DNA from: Planctomycetota bacterium
GTDB taxonomy: Bacteria > Planctomycetota > GCA-002687715 > DRQF01
Direction of reading: 5' to 3'
Length of the DNA: 26,615 nucleotides
Assembly: GCA_027001995.1 (NCBI GenBank)
Contig: JALTLO010000186.1
Coordinates: 1-26,615, forward strand
Part shown: positions 16,680 to 25,203 of the stretch, in pieces
Layout of the letters: every line of letters starts with the position of its first letter
Numbering within the stretch: position 1 is the stretch's first letter
Translations under genes and position numbers: made by a program
The notes under the pieces: model-generated
Databases searched by the model: none
The model's input: only the letters and a program-made list of their open reading frames with translations
Told to the model about the DNA's origin: nothing

Positions 16680-19600
16680 GAGAAGACATCCAAACGATGG
16701 GGCGTCCCAACCTCGAAGCCGTGGACGTGTCTTTCATGGAACACAGAAGCGATTCTGGCATCGCCCTCATCGTCGTGATGAGTGTTTTGGCTATGCTCAT
16801 TGTGATTGCCACTCCATTCTTGCTTCAGTCACGGAAAGACCATGCGAGTGCCGTTACCGTTTCTGAACGACACCGGGCCAGGCAAGTGGCGAATAGTGCT
16901 CTCGAATGGGCCAAGATTGGTTTACTGGACACCCACCAGGGCGTCGAATCTCAGGGGCGGGGAAAAGGTACACCCTATTGGGATGGCCCGGAAGAATTCC
17001 GCATCGACGAACATCCGAAATCTCTCAACGATTTGATCGGTGTCGAAGGTCCCCGTTTCATGGGAGACCCCAAAGGTGACATGTGGGCCATCAAGGTGCG
17101 GGATGAAAGCGGCTTCATTAACGCGAACACAGCGCCCCCGTTTTTTTGGTCGAGTTTGGTGGGACGTACGGTTGTCACCCAGGAAGTGGAGCCCAACTCT
17201 GGCTCTATTGAAGTGGAGTCGACAGCAGGTTTTCCTCCCACCAAAGGTGAAATTGTTGTCGGCGGTCGGGTTTTCTCCTATCGCAAAGCAAAGGGCTCAT
17301 CTTTCACGGGGGTTCCGATCAAATCGGCTATTCCCCAAGGTGCCATCGTCATGACTAAGATGGCATGGGACCTTGCCATGTTCGGACAAAAGGTCAAGCG
17401 AGCTGGCTATGGGCTTACTGAGCTGGCTTCCATCACGGAACTCAAAGACGTGGCTTCCTACGGTAACCAAGCCCTATCGGAAGAGAAGCTTTCAGCCATC
17501 TTGGGCCCCATGACTCATGTGGGTTTTCGCGAGAACGCCGGTGGCTGGTTAGCGCCTCAACGCATCACAGCAGAGCTTGACCCAGACAGCTTCGAGCCAG
17601 AAAGTGATGGGCAACCGGTTCGGGTGAGTAACCCAGATTTCTTCAATCCGGGGACAGTGGTGAAGATCACCGACGGCCAATCGACTGAGTACAACATTGT
17701 GCGTTATTCTCGTCGCACGGGGAGTGGTGGAGTTCTTTCCCTTCTCAATCAAGTTTCTCGGGGCTACGCCTACGAGACAGCAACGATTTCTGCGGAGATG
17801 CGCCACCCTGTTAATATCAACAACTGCTCGAAGCGCGTGCTCACACTTCTTCTTGACGGCATTGATTATGCCCCTCGGTGGCGGAAGCACTCCAATGAGG
17901 AAGATCGAGTTTCGTCCAGCTTGGCGGCCAATGTTGCTGAGGTACTTATCAAGAATCGTCCCATTCGAGGAACCGAGCATCTCGTCGATTTATTGGCAGC
18001 TCTTTTTCATGTGAAGGCTGGTAGCTTCACCGAAGGAGAATCCCAGATCACCGCGGACATGGTGGCTGTCCCTGGATTTGACAATGTTTCGATGACGGCG
18101 AACCATGCCTTGGGTATTGTGCAGAATGCCCTCAATGCCAACCATCGTTCACTCATCAATTCGACGATGCCTTTTTCTTATGTTAGCCACGACTATTTTA
18201 CTGTTGAGACAGCTTCCAGCGTGAATGACGGAAGCGGCTCAGAGCTGGCCCGGTTTCACATGCGGGAGACCTTTCGTAGCGCCCCCTCTCAGGAATTGCG
18301 CCACCGATTACAATCTCAGGCAGATTTTGAGCAGTCGATCGTGGCCGGGCGGGCTGGGAAGAACATTGAAACCTATCCCAACTTGATGACTTTTTTTACC
18401 GCTGAAACCGCCAAACCCGAGCAGCGCCTATTTCGCTATCTCCACAATTTTGATGACCCATCAAAGATTGGTTTTCGACCATCCCGCGTTGAAGGTGATG
18501 TACGTTTGCAACCAGCTCGACTCTATGGAGGCTGGACGGAACATTTTGATGGCAACTTGTCCGGACCTGTGGCTCGAGGCTTAAGGACGACGAAGAGAAC
18601 CACCGCCAGAACTGAGTTTATCTTTCCGGAAGGTCTGCCACTCAATACTGGTCCTTACCGTTTGGACATGACTGTTCGCGGGCAGACCTTGGGCACTGGC
18701 CAGAAGGCCACGGCTATGGCTGATCGCAATGGCCTCAATCCTTTCGTCGTTGAGTTCTTCATGAAGCCCGCCAGTTTCAGTGGGGGACAGGCTCTCTTCT
18801 CAGCCTTGGGGCGGGAGCCAACTGCTGATTTTATTCGCGCTTGGTATGATTCTTCTCAGAGGGTTTTTCGTTTTCAGGTGCACGATATCGCCTTCGATGA
18901 CCTGCGGGCACGGGTGCCCAGTGTTGCTGAAGTGAGTTGGAGTCCGCCCCAAAGTTCGATTGAGGATGACACCTGGTATCACTTCTCTCTTCATGTCACG
19001 GGGACGAAACCCGGGGAGATGAGCCTTCATGTTGATGGCTTTAAGAGGGGGAAAACAAGGTTCCAAACAAAGTTGGCATCTAGCCTTTCTGAGAGTGCCA
19101 CATCCTTCACTGTTGAGGATGCCTCAGATTGGCCAGACCAGGGGGTTTTCTTGGTGGGAACGGAAGTTGTGAATGCCACGAGGCAAGGCAACAATTTTAC
19201 TATTTTCCAGAATCCCAACAGCGGCCTTTTGCCTTTGGGACGTGGAGCGCGTGGGTCGCGGGTCTTGTCTCACAGTGCCGGTGAGCGCGTGACCCTCTTT
19301 GGCTATTCCAATGTTTTGCGGCGAACCGGCGTGGCTGGGGGAGAGGTCTTGCCCATTGGCGGGGCTGGTTTAGCTGCCGAGTTGGCGCCTTTCTCTTCTT
19401 TGGGAATTGGTGATGATGGGACGATGGTGGAAACCTACACTTCGCCAGGCGCCCAGGGCTCCCCACCTATGGCCACAAGTTATGAAGTGCTCGACCTTGG
19501 GACTGTGAATGCTATTGAGCTTGCACCTTTACCGACGCAGAACCTAAATTCGGCAGTGCGGACTTTTCAGACAAGTGGCGGTTATGCCATTGTCGCCGGG

Positions 19601-21817
19601 TTGGTGTATCCGAGTACGCCGTCCGCATCCAACGTACAACCGGTGAATCTGCAAAGAGCTTGTGTTCTCATCCGCTACAGTGGCCGGAATGGCAACAGGT
19701 TGACAGGGGTCTCTTTGGCCCGGCAAAGTTTCAACGCAGATCTGGTAGACGGTCAGTTCTTGATGAGGTCTGGCAGTAGTACGCAGGCACAGGGAGCCAG
19801 GGACCCCAAATTCTATTGCTCCACCCCGCAGAAGGTCATCACGCGGGATCCCAGTGGGGGATCCACTGCCCCTCTTCTGGCCCAAGTTTTTCCCATCTCT
19901 GTGCGCTTGACTGGGAATGTGGGCTACAAGGGACCTGAGGTCGATCAGAATGGCATCTTGTTTCCCGAATTCATTCAATTGGGAACACCCAATTTGGCCC
20001 CCGATCTCAGAAACTTCTCCAATCACGCGATTGAGTGGGTGGCTTACTACGGTGTTGATCGGACAAGCAGTGATTTCTTGTGCCACGACGAAGTGTCATT
20101 GCTTAACGCCGTGAATATCCTGTTAGATACTGCCGGACTCAACGTCAACACGAATACGAATTTGGCTAACGCGAGCGGATTTGCCCTGCCTTCCATACTC
20201 CAGGCCGGTGCCCAATTGCGTTGGCGAGGCCAAGCTCAGACCTTGCAGTTTGGTTGGACAGATATCAATAATTCAGCTCACACCCACAATGCCGGCAGTC
20301 TTGCTATTCCTACATTTCGAGTGGCGAATGTTGGTGGCAGGGCACCTGGGTACGGCGATGCGGTTTCTCTTCTCACCGCAGGGAATCAGAACCGAGAAAT
20401 TCAATTCATATCTTGGGCAGCAGATGTATTGCCCCCGGCCTCTTGGCCTTCAAATCGGCCAGTCCAACTCGATACTCGCGCTTGTTTCACTGCCAATGTG
20501 CGCTCCCAGCTCAATCAAATTGCCTTACCCGCGGTCAGTGGAAGTAACTTGGCCAATGGTCCTGCGGTTTGGGATCGACGGCGCTATACCAGAATTGCCA
20601 AGTTTCCCTCTGGGGAGCTTCCTCTCATCACCAGTCAAGGGGATAGTCAAATAGGCGGTGATCTTGTGGGCGGTATTCGATCCTCTGGTATGTTGGATGA
20701 GATTCGTGTGCGCGCGGTTCAGCGCAATCGTTACGTCTTGTGGGATGACAACCGGGCGGACTACCTTAATTCGCCGCCGAATCCTTATCCTCTGGGCGTG
20801 TCAACCAATGCCACGGAAATCCCTATTGTCAGCGCACTTTGGGTGCCAGCTCGTGACCCTCTGAATGCGTCGATAGCGAACTTCTGGTTGCCTGATGGGC
20901 AACAGCTTGACACCGCAGACCCACTGATTGAATTGGGCGCCGATGCTGGTTTGGTGATGATTGACGATGAGATTATCGCGTTTCGCAGTGTGGCCCCTGG
21001 CCCCGGCAATGCTGGACAGGTTTTGTCGGATTGCCTGCGGGGTTTCATGAACACCATTCCCAGTGAGCACTCCTTCGGGGCTCCCATTGTCTTTCTTGAT
21101 TTTAGGGCCACCAGCAAGCTATTGCAGTCTACCTCCCGAGAGAGCTTCCGTTTTCAGATCGCCGACGCTCAAGATTTTGGCGTTAGTGATGGTAATGGCA
21201 GAGGTGGTGGGACCGTCCTGATTGGCAATGAGATGATTCACTTCACGTCAGCGGCGGGCAATGTTTTGCAGATGCCAAGGAAAATCGATCGTCAGTCCGG
21301 AGAGACCGTCGGTATCTTCAGAGCTCGTTATGGCACGCGTACTCAAAGCCATGGTTCAGATGACATCGTTCTGGATATGCCGTTTCGATTCTGGGATCGC
21401 TATGTTCCTCAATCTGACGATCCTGAGTTGAGCTTCTATCAATTCGGTGTGAATGAGCCACGAGCCTTCTTCAAGCGCATATCCTGGCATCATCGTTCAG
21501 AGAAATCACGCCTGGGAATGAAAGTGCTGCTCCGCTTCGACCCCAAAGTTCCATGGGATACAGACCCAGCGAATTCCAATGGTGCCTTGCTCTTGTTGGA
21601 TGCTAATTCGGGACAAGGTCAAGATATCTTGAGCCAACACTTGCTCAACAGGCAGGCGCGAGGGCTGGAAGCTCGGGTGTTCTTCGTTTATGAGGCAAAC
21701 GCTTTTGACCCGGTGACTTTGCGAAGCAATGATTGGAAAGAAACTCCTCAGCTTCTTGATATTGAGTTGCGTTACTTGGCGGCACCCTATGTTATCTCTC
21801 GGGAGACGCTGAAATGA
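16676..21817 (+). CDS. Giant GspK/PilX-like minor pilin (1713 aa) with LamG-like and repeated beta modules
   Basis: G|IALIVVMSVL lacks Glu5, as in GspK/PilX; IKVRDESGFINANTA, PVNINNCS..VL..LL and SHDYFTV are GspK motifs; long C-terminal extension. Alternative start ATG at 16736. Confidence 0.8.
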   Translation: MREDIQTMGRPNLEAVDVSFMEHRSDSGIALIVVMSVLAMLIVIATPFLLQSRKDHASAVTVSERHRARQVANSALEWAKIGLLDTHQGVESQGRGKGTPYWDGPEEFRIDEHPKSLNDLIGVEGPRFMGDPKGDMWAIKVRDESGFINANTAPPFFWSSLVGRTVVTQEVEPNSGSIEVESTAGFPPTKGEIVVGGRVFSYRKAKGSSFTGVPIKSAIPQGAIVMTKMAWDLAMFGQKVKRAGYGLTELASITELKDVASYGNQALSEEKLSAILGPMTHVGFRENAGGWLAPQRITAELDPDSFEPESDGQPVRVSNPDFFNPGTVVKITDGQSTEYNIVRYSRRTGSGGVLSLLNQVSRGYAYETATISAEMRHPVNINNCSKRVLTLLLDGIDYAPRWRKHSNEEDRVSSSLAANVAEVLIKNRPIRGTEHLVDLLAALFHVKAGSFTEGESQITADMVAVPGFDNVSMTANHALGIVQNALNANHRSLINSTMPFSYVSHDYFTVETASSVNDGSGSELARFHMRETFRSAPSQELRHRLQSQADFEQSIVAGRAGKNIETYPNLMTFFTAETAKPEQRLFRYLHNFDDPSKIGFRPSRVEGDVRLQPARLYGGWTEHFDGNLSGPVARGLRTTKRTTARTEFIFPEGLPLNTGPYRLDMTVRGQTLGTGQKATAMADRNGLNPFVVEFFMKPASFSGGQALFSALGREPTADFIRAWYDSSQRVFRFQVHDIAFDDLRARVPSVAEVSWSPPQSSIEDDTWYHFSLHVTGTKPGEMSLHVDGFKRGKTRFQTKLASSLSESATSFTVEDASDWPDQGVFLVGTEVVNATRQGNNFTIFQNPNSGLLPLGRGARGSRVLSHSAGERVTLFGYSNVLRRTGVAGGEVLPIGGAGLAAELAPFSSLGIGDDGTMVETYTSPGAQGSPPMATSYEVLDLGTVNAIELAPLPTQNLNSAVRTFQTSGGYAIVAGLVYPSTPSASNVQPVNLQRACVLIRYSGRNGNRLTGVSLARQSFNADLVDGQFLMRSGSSTQAQGARDPKFYCSTPQKVITRDPSGGSTAPLLAQVFPISVRLTGNVGYKGPEVDQNGILFPEFIQLGTPNLAPDLRNFSNHAIEWVAYYGVDRTSSDFLCHDEVSLLNAVNILLDTAGLNVNTNTNLANASGFALPSILQAGAQLRWRGQAQTLQFGWTDINNSAHTHNAGSLAIPTFRVANVGGRAPGYGDAVSLLTAGNQNREIQFISWAADVLPPASWPSNRPVQLDTRACFTANVRSQLNQIALPAVSGSNLANGPAVWDRRRYTRIAKFPSGELPLITSQGDSQIGGDLVGGIRSSGMLDEIRVRAVQRNRYVLWDDNRADYLNSPPNPYPLGVSTNATEIPIVSALWVPARDPLNASIANFWLPDGQQLDTADPLIELGADAGLVMIDDEIIAFRSVAPGPGNAGQVLSDCLRGFMNTIPSEHSFGAPIVFLDFRATSKLLQSTSRESFRFQIADAQDFGVSDGNGRGGGTVLIGNEMIHFTSAAGNVLQMPRKIDRQSGETVGIFRARYGTRTQSHGSDDIVLDMPFRFWDRYVPQSDDPELSFYQFGVNEPRAFFKRISWHHRSEKSRLGMKVLLRFDPKVPWDTDPANSNGALLLLDANSGQGQDILSQHLLNRQARGLEARVFFVYEANAFDPVTLRSNDWKETPQLLDIELRYLAAPYVISRETLK

Positions 21818-23100
21818 CGCAGTCGAGACAACGGGGACTCACCCTCATTGAACTCATGACAGCCATGGCCATTTTTGCCATGTTAGGCGGTTTTCTTTTT
21901 ACCTTGATGCGAGACTCTCTTGGGATCTACCGAAAATCCCGGTCGTCTGGTGAAATCTACGACAAGTATGATCAGGTCTCCCAGGCTCTGCAAGATGATC
22001 TGACCTGTGTCGCTATTGGCGATCCAGAGGGCCCAGGTATCAAACTAGAGTTCTTACAAAGTCGCGATCGTCAGTACGTCCCGTCAAAGGACGTGACTTT
22101 GAGCAAGGAAGCTTTGGCAACCGCGGAGCGAGCTTCCGGTGACCCTCGCTCTTTTCTCTTACGTTTTGTCCGTAGTTTTCCTGGCGGTGAAATGAATGAC
22201 ACTGTTGGGCGATTTGCTGGTACTTATCCAGGTGCCAGTCAGTCGATTGACGGAGATGCGGACCTCGCGGAAAGCCGCCATGGGGCGATCATTAAGGCTC
22301 AGCTGAAAGAGGGAAAGCCGAGCAAATCGGATAATGATCAAAAAACTCCAGGTCTGAAGCCTCCGGGTAATCTCATGGAGGTGATGTATTTTTGTGAGAA
22401 TGGTCCTTATGACGAACCTGGAACATTCACCCTCTATCGCGCTTTTCGTTCTCCGGTGGGAGGCTCTGGCTCTTTCTTTGATGACGCCACGATCAAGGCT
22501 ATGACACCGGAGTGGATCGAACGATACGCGAAGCCTGTAGTTTCAGGGCTTGTCTATTTTGGTGCAGTGTTGTGGGGCCAAGACACAAAACAATGGGATA
22601 TCGAAAGAGTCTTGAATGGAGATGGAATTGGAGGTCGTGTAAGCACGGGTCTTTCCGAGCTCTGGTGGGACAGCCGACGGGCTCGCTACCCTAACTTCTC
22701 CATGCACATAGGCGACAAGTCAGCCCTCTTCTACGAAGACGACGTTTTTCCTCGCCGGATTCAATTTTTGATGACTTTTGTTCAAGGAGGCAAGGTCTCT
22801 CCTGATGCCCGTCTTCTCGGTTCGCTCAGGGGAACATCCCGCAACCTGACTTTGGACAACGGCAAGATCTTCGATAACAGCGGTGGAGGTGCTGTGCCGA
22901 CTCATCTTTTGATTGACAACGAATGGATGGAAGTTTCTAGCGGGTCTGGAAGTCGGTTGACGGTGGTTCGGGGATCCAGGCGTACGGCCCCGGCCAAACA
23001 TGAGACTGGGAGTGCCGTACATGTGGGGCGCTCTTTCAAACTGACAGTGGATATCCCTGCTTACCGATTTAGTTTTGACAGCCAGGGAGGTGGGCGATGA
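21814..23100 (+). CDS. GspJ/PulJ/PilW-like minor pilin
   Basis: G|LTLIELMTAMAIFAML; 'LQDDL'; 'EVMYF....LYR'; 'FPRRIQF' near the C-terminus; ATGA overlap with the upstream gene. Confidence 0.8.
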   Translation: MTQSRQRGLTLIELMTAMAIFAMLGGFLFTLMRDSLGIYRKSRSSGEIYDKYDQVSQALQDDLTCVAIGDPEGPGIKLEFLQSRDRQYVPSKDVTLSKEALATAERASGDPRSFLLRFVRSFPGGEMNDTVGRFAGTYPGASQSIDGDADLAESRHGAIIKAQLKEGKPSKSDNDQKTPGLKPPGNLMEVMYFCENGPYDEPGTFTLYRAFRSPVGGSGSFFDDATIKAMTPEWIERYAKPVVSGLVYFGAVLWGQDTKQWDIERVLNGDGIGGRVSTGLSELWWDSRRARYPNFSMHIGDKSALFYEDDVFPRRIQFLMTFVQGGKVSPDARLLGSLRGTSRNLTLDNGKIFDNSGGGAVPTHLLIDNEWMEVSSGSGSRLTVVRGSRRTAPAKHETGSAVHVGRSFKLTVDIPAYRFSFDSQGGGR

Positions 23101-23570
23101 ACACATCTCGATCAAGATTCGCTCAGGGCGGATTTACTTTGGCGGAAATTCTCGTGGCCATGAGTGTCTTGCTCATCGGCATGGCGGGGATTATCAGCTT
23201 GTTTACGGCAGGTCTCAACTTGGAGCGACGAAGCAGTTTGGCCATTGATACGGCGGTTGCTCTCAGGGATGTTGAACCTTTGGTTCGGGCGGAGACAGTT
23301 CGGCGTTTGGCATCGGGAGATAAAGAGAACGATCTCGATATTCTTCGCAGGCCAATTCCTGGTTGGGTTGGTTTGGATTACACCGCCAAGATTTTGCCCA
23401 TGGAAGGAAATGAGTCCAACGAGGGCTACGTCATGAAGATTACGGTAATCCCCAGAGGAGCCCCTGAGGACAAGGGGATTAGCTATGGCTATTTGCCTCT
23501 GCGTTTCGGGCCAACCTATGAAGAAATGGTGCGGGCCGCGTCGCAAGAGACCCTCACCAAGAAGAAATAA
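23097..23570 (+). CDS. GspI/PilV-like minor pilin
   Basis: G|FTLAEILVAMSVLLIGMAGIISLF; short (157 aa); ATGA overlap. Confidence 0.8.
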   Translation: MNTSRSRFAQGGFTLAEILVAMSVLLIGMAGIISLFTAGLNLERRSSLAIDTAVALRDVEPLVRAETVRRLASGDKENDLDILRRPIPGWVGLDYTAKILPMEGNESNEGYVMKITVIPRGAPEDKGISYGYLPLRFGPTYEEMVRAASQETLTKKK

Positions 23571-23571
23571 G

Positions 23572-23587
23572 GCTGAGATTTCTCAGC
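23572..23587 (+). other. Small intergenic hairpin GCTGAG-ATTT-CTCAGC
   Basis: Perfect inverted repeat right after the last pilin stop; no U-tract; followed by an AAGGAG RBS. Confidence 0.5.
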
Positions 23588-23605
23588 GTTGAAAAGGAGC
23601 AGAGC

Positions 23606-25072
23606 ATGAAGCAGCTCACCACAGCATTCTTAGTTTTGATTATGGCAGGCATTCTGACTGTAGAGTCGAAGGCTGAAATTGTCTTCCTTAAAGACGGTCG
23701 TCTTCTACACGTCAAGGTTATCAATGGCGATGAAGCTGGGATTCAAGTTGAGAGACTCGACAATCACGGCAAGTTGTTCATTCGCTGGGCACTCTTGAGG
23801 GAAGAAGACCGACTGCGCCTACGCATTCGTTTTGGACTAGAGGATGATAACTCTGGGGCCGATCTCCTCATTGATGGTCACCGCGTTTTTGTGGTCCGAG
23901 GGGACTACTATGACGGTCTGATTGAAGACCAAGATCAGAGTGTCGTAAATCTGCGCCGCCAAGATGGCATGATGCATCTTCGGAGGGATGCAGTGAGGAG
24001 AATCGAAGAACGCAAAGTCAGCATCTTCGAGGTCTATACTCCAGAAGAACTCTACAAGCAAAAGCTCGATGAGTTCTTGCCCGAAGATGATGATGTCGTT
24101 GGTCAAATGGAGTTGGCAAAGTGGGCTACAAAAGTTGGTCTCTATTCTGAAGCCTTGATTCACTATGCGAAGATCGTTGAAGCGGATCCTGAATACAAGA
24201 AGGACTTTGTCAGCAATCAAGTCAAACGGCTAAAGATTCTGGACAAGAACAAGACTGTTCGTGACGCGATTCGCACCGCGGAGAAAGAGGGTTTGGCTCA
24301 CAAGTACGTCGAGTGCATGGCTCACTTTGAAGAGATTCTTGCTTCCGCCAAACTCGATAAAATTACACGCAAAGATGTTCTGAAGAAGATGTTGCGTTTC
24401 AAGAAACGTCGCTGGAAGTACTATTCTCAATTGATTGTGCGGGACTATCACCGTGAAGTCGTGAAGCGCATCAAGAAGATGGCATCAAGCAAAGAAATCC
24501 GAGCGCGAGATAAGGACAAGCGCCTGACTCTCAGTTCGGCTATGAACTTCGTTCGCGGCCAACTTCATAAAGAGATTGTGACGTATCTCGCGGAGACCCA
24601 TGAACTCGACCCTAAGAAGGAGGTTGAGGAGATGTGGAAGAATCGCAAGACGCGCATCAAGAGAACCGCGACCTATGGCTCGGGGACATTTGTCGTCGAA
24701 GGCAAGAAAGGTAGCCAGGGCGGAGCCGGTGCCCAAAACCGGAGAGTCCAGGAAGCGCTCGACCGCATGCGTCGTCAGCGGGGTGGTCGGCGTGGAAATG
24801 CAGCGCCAACCCAGCAGACAGCTCAACCCAAGTTGGTGAGCAAAGAAGGATGGTGGCAGGGAGCGAATTCCAGTCAGCGCTCATTCTTCCTGCGCGCCTA
24901 TTATGCTGAGAAAAGTGGTCACATGGAGGTGATCTCGACTTCCTGGCGGGTGTGCCCCGAATGTGGTGGCACAGGGACCATCAAGAAGCTGGGAGCTCAA
25001 GGGGGGCTGGTCAAAGTAACCTGTCCACGGAGTCATGGCCTGAAAGGTGACAAAATGATCTATTATCGTTAA
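23606..25072 (+). CDS. Secreted hypothetical protein with C-terminal DnaJ-type Zn-finger-like motif
   Basis: AAGGAG RBS; Sec signal MKQLTTAFLVLIMAGILTVESKA|EI; 'IVFLKDGR' beta motif; TPR-like helix pair; CPECGGTG...CPRSHG at the C-terminus. Confidence 0.75.
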   Translation: MKQLTTAFLVLIMAGILTVESKAEIVFLKDGRLLHVKVINGDEAGIQVERLDNHGKLFIRWALLREEDRLRLRIRFGLEDDNSGADLLIDGHRVFVVRGDYYDGLIEDQDQSVVNLRRQDGMMHLRRDAVRRIEERKVSIFEVYTPEELYKQKLDEFLPEDDDVVGQMELAKWATKVGLYSEALIHYAKIVEADPEYKKDFVSNQVKRLKILDKNKTVRDAIRTAEKEGLAHKYVECMAHFEEILASAKLDKITRKDVLKKMLRFKKRRWKYYSQLIVRDYHREVVKRIKKMASSKEIRARDKDKRLTLSSAMNFVRGQLHKEIVTYLAETHELDPKKEVEEMWKNRKTRIKRTATYGSGTFVVEGKKGSQGGAGAQNRRVQEALDRMRRQRGGRRGNAAPTQQTAQPKLVSKEGWWQGANSSQRSFFLRAYYAEKSGHMEVISTSWRVCPECGGTGTIKKLGAQGGLVKVTCPRSHGLKGDKMIYYR

Positions 25073-25156
25073 ATCTCGATAATTTGTGGACAAGATTGGA
25101 TGGGGGAAGCCGGAGAATAATGAAGAGGTCCCCCCTCTGTCCAAGTTCTTTTTTTT

Positions 25157-25193
25157 CGTACGGTGTGTATGCGCACCGTACGTTTTTCGTTTT
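25157..25193 (+). terminator. Probable intrinsic terminator
   Basis: CGTACGGTGTG-TATG-CGCACCGTACG (11-bp stem, one G-U pair) followed by TTTTTCGTTTT. Confidence 0.65.
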
Positions 25194-25203
25194 GGGGGAA
25201 GTC

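Noticed and set aside
25084..25203. N-terminal extension of the PPIase ORF in the ORF track
   Set aside because: It runs through the hairpin and T-tracts; ATG 25204 has an RBS-like run and gives a proper lipoprotein signal.
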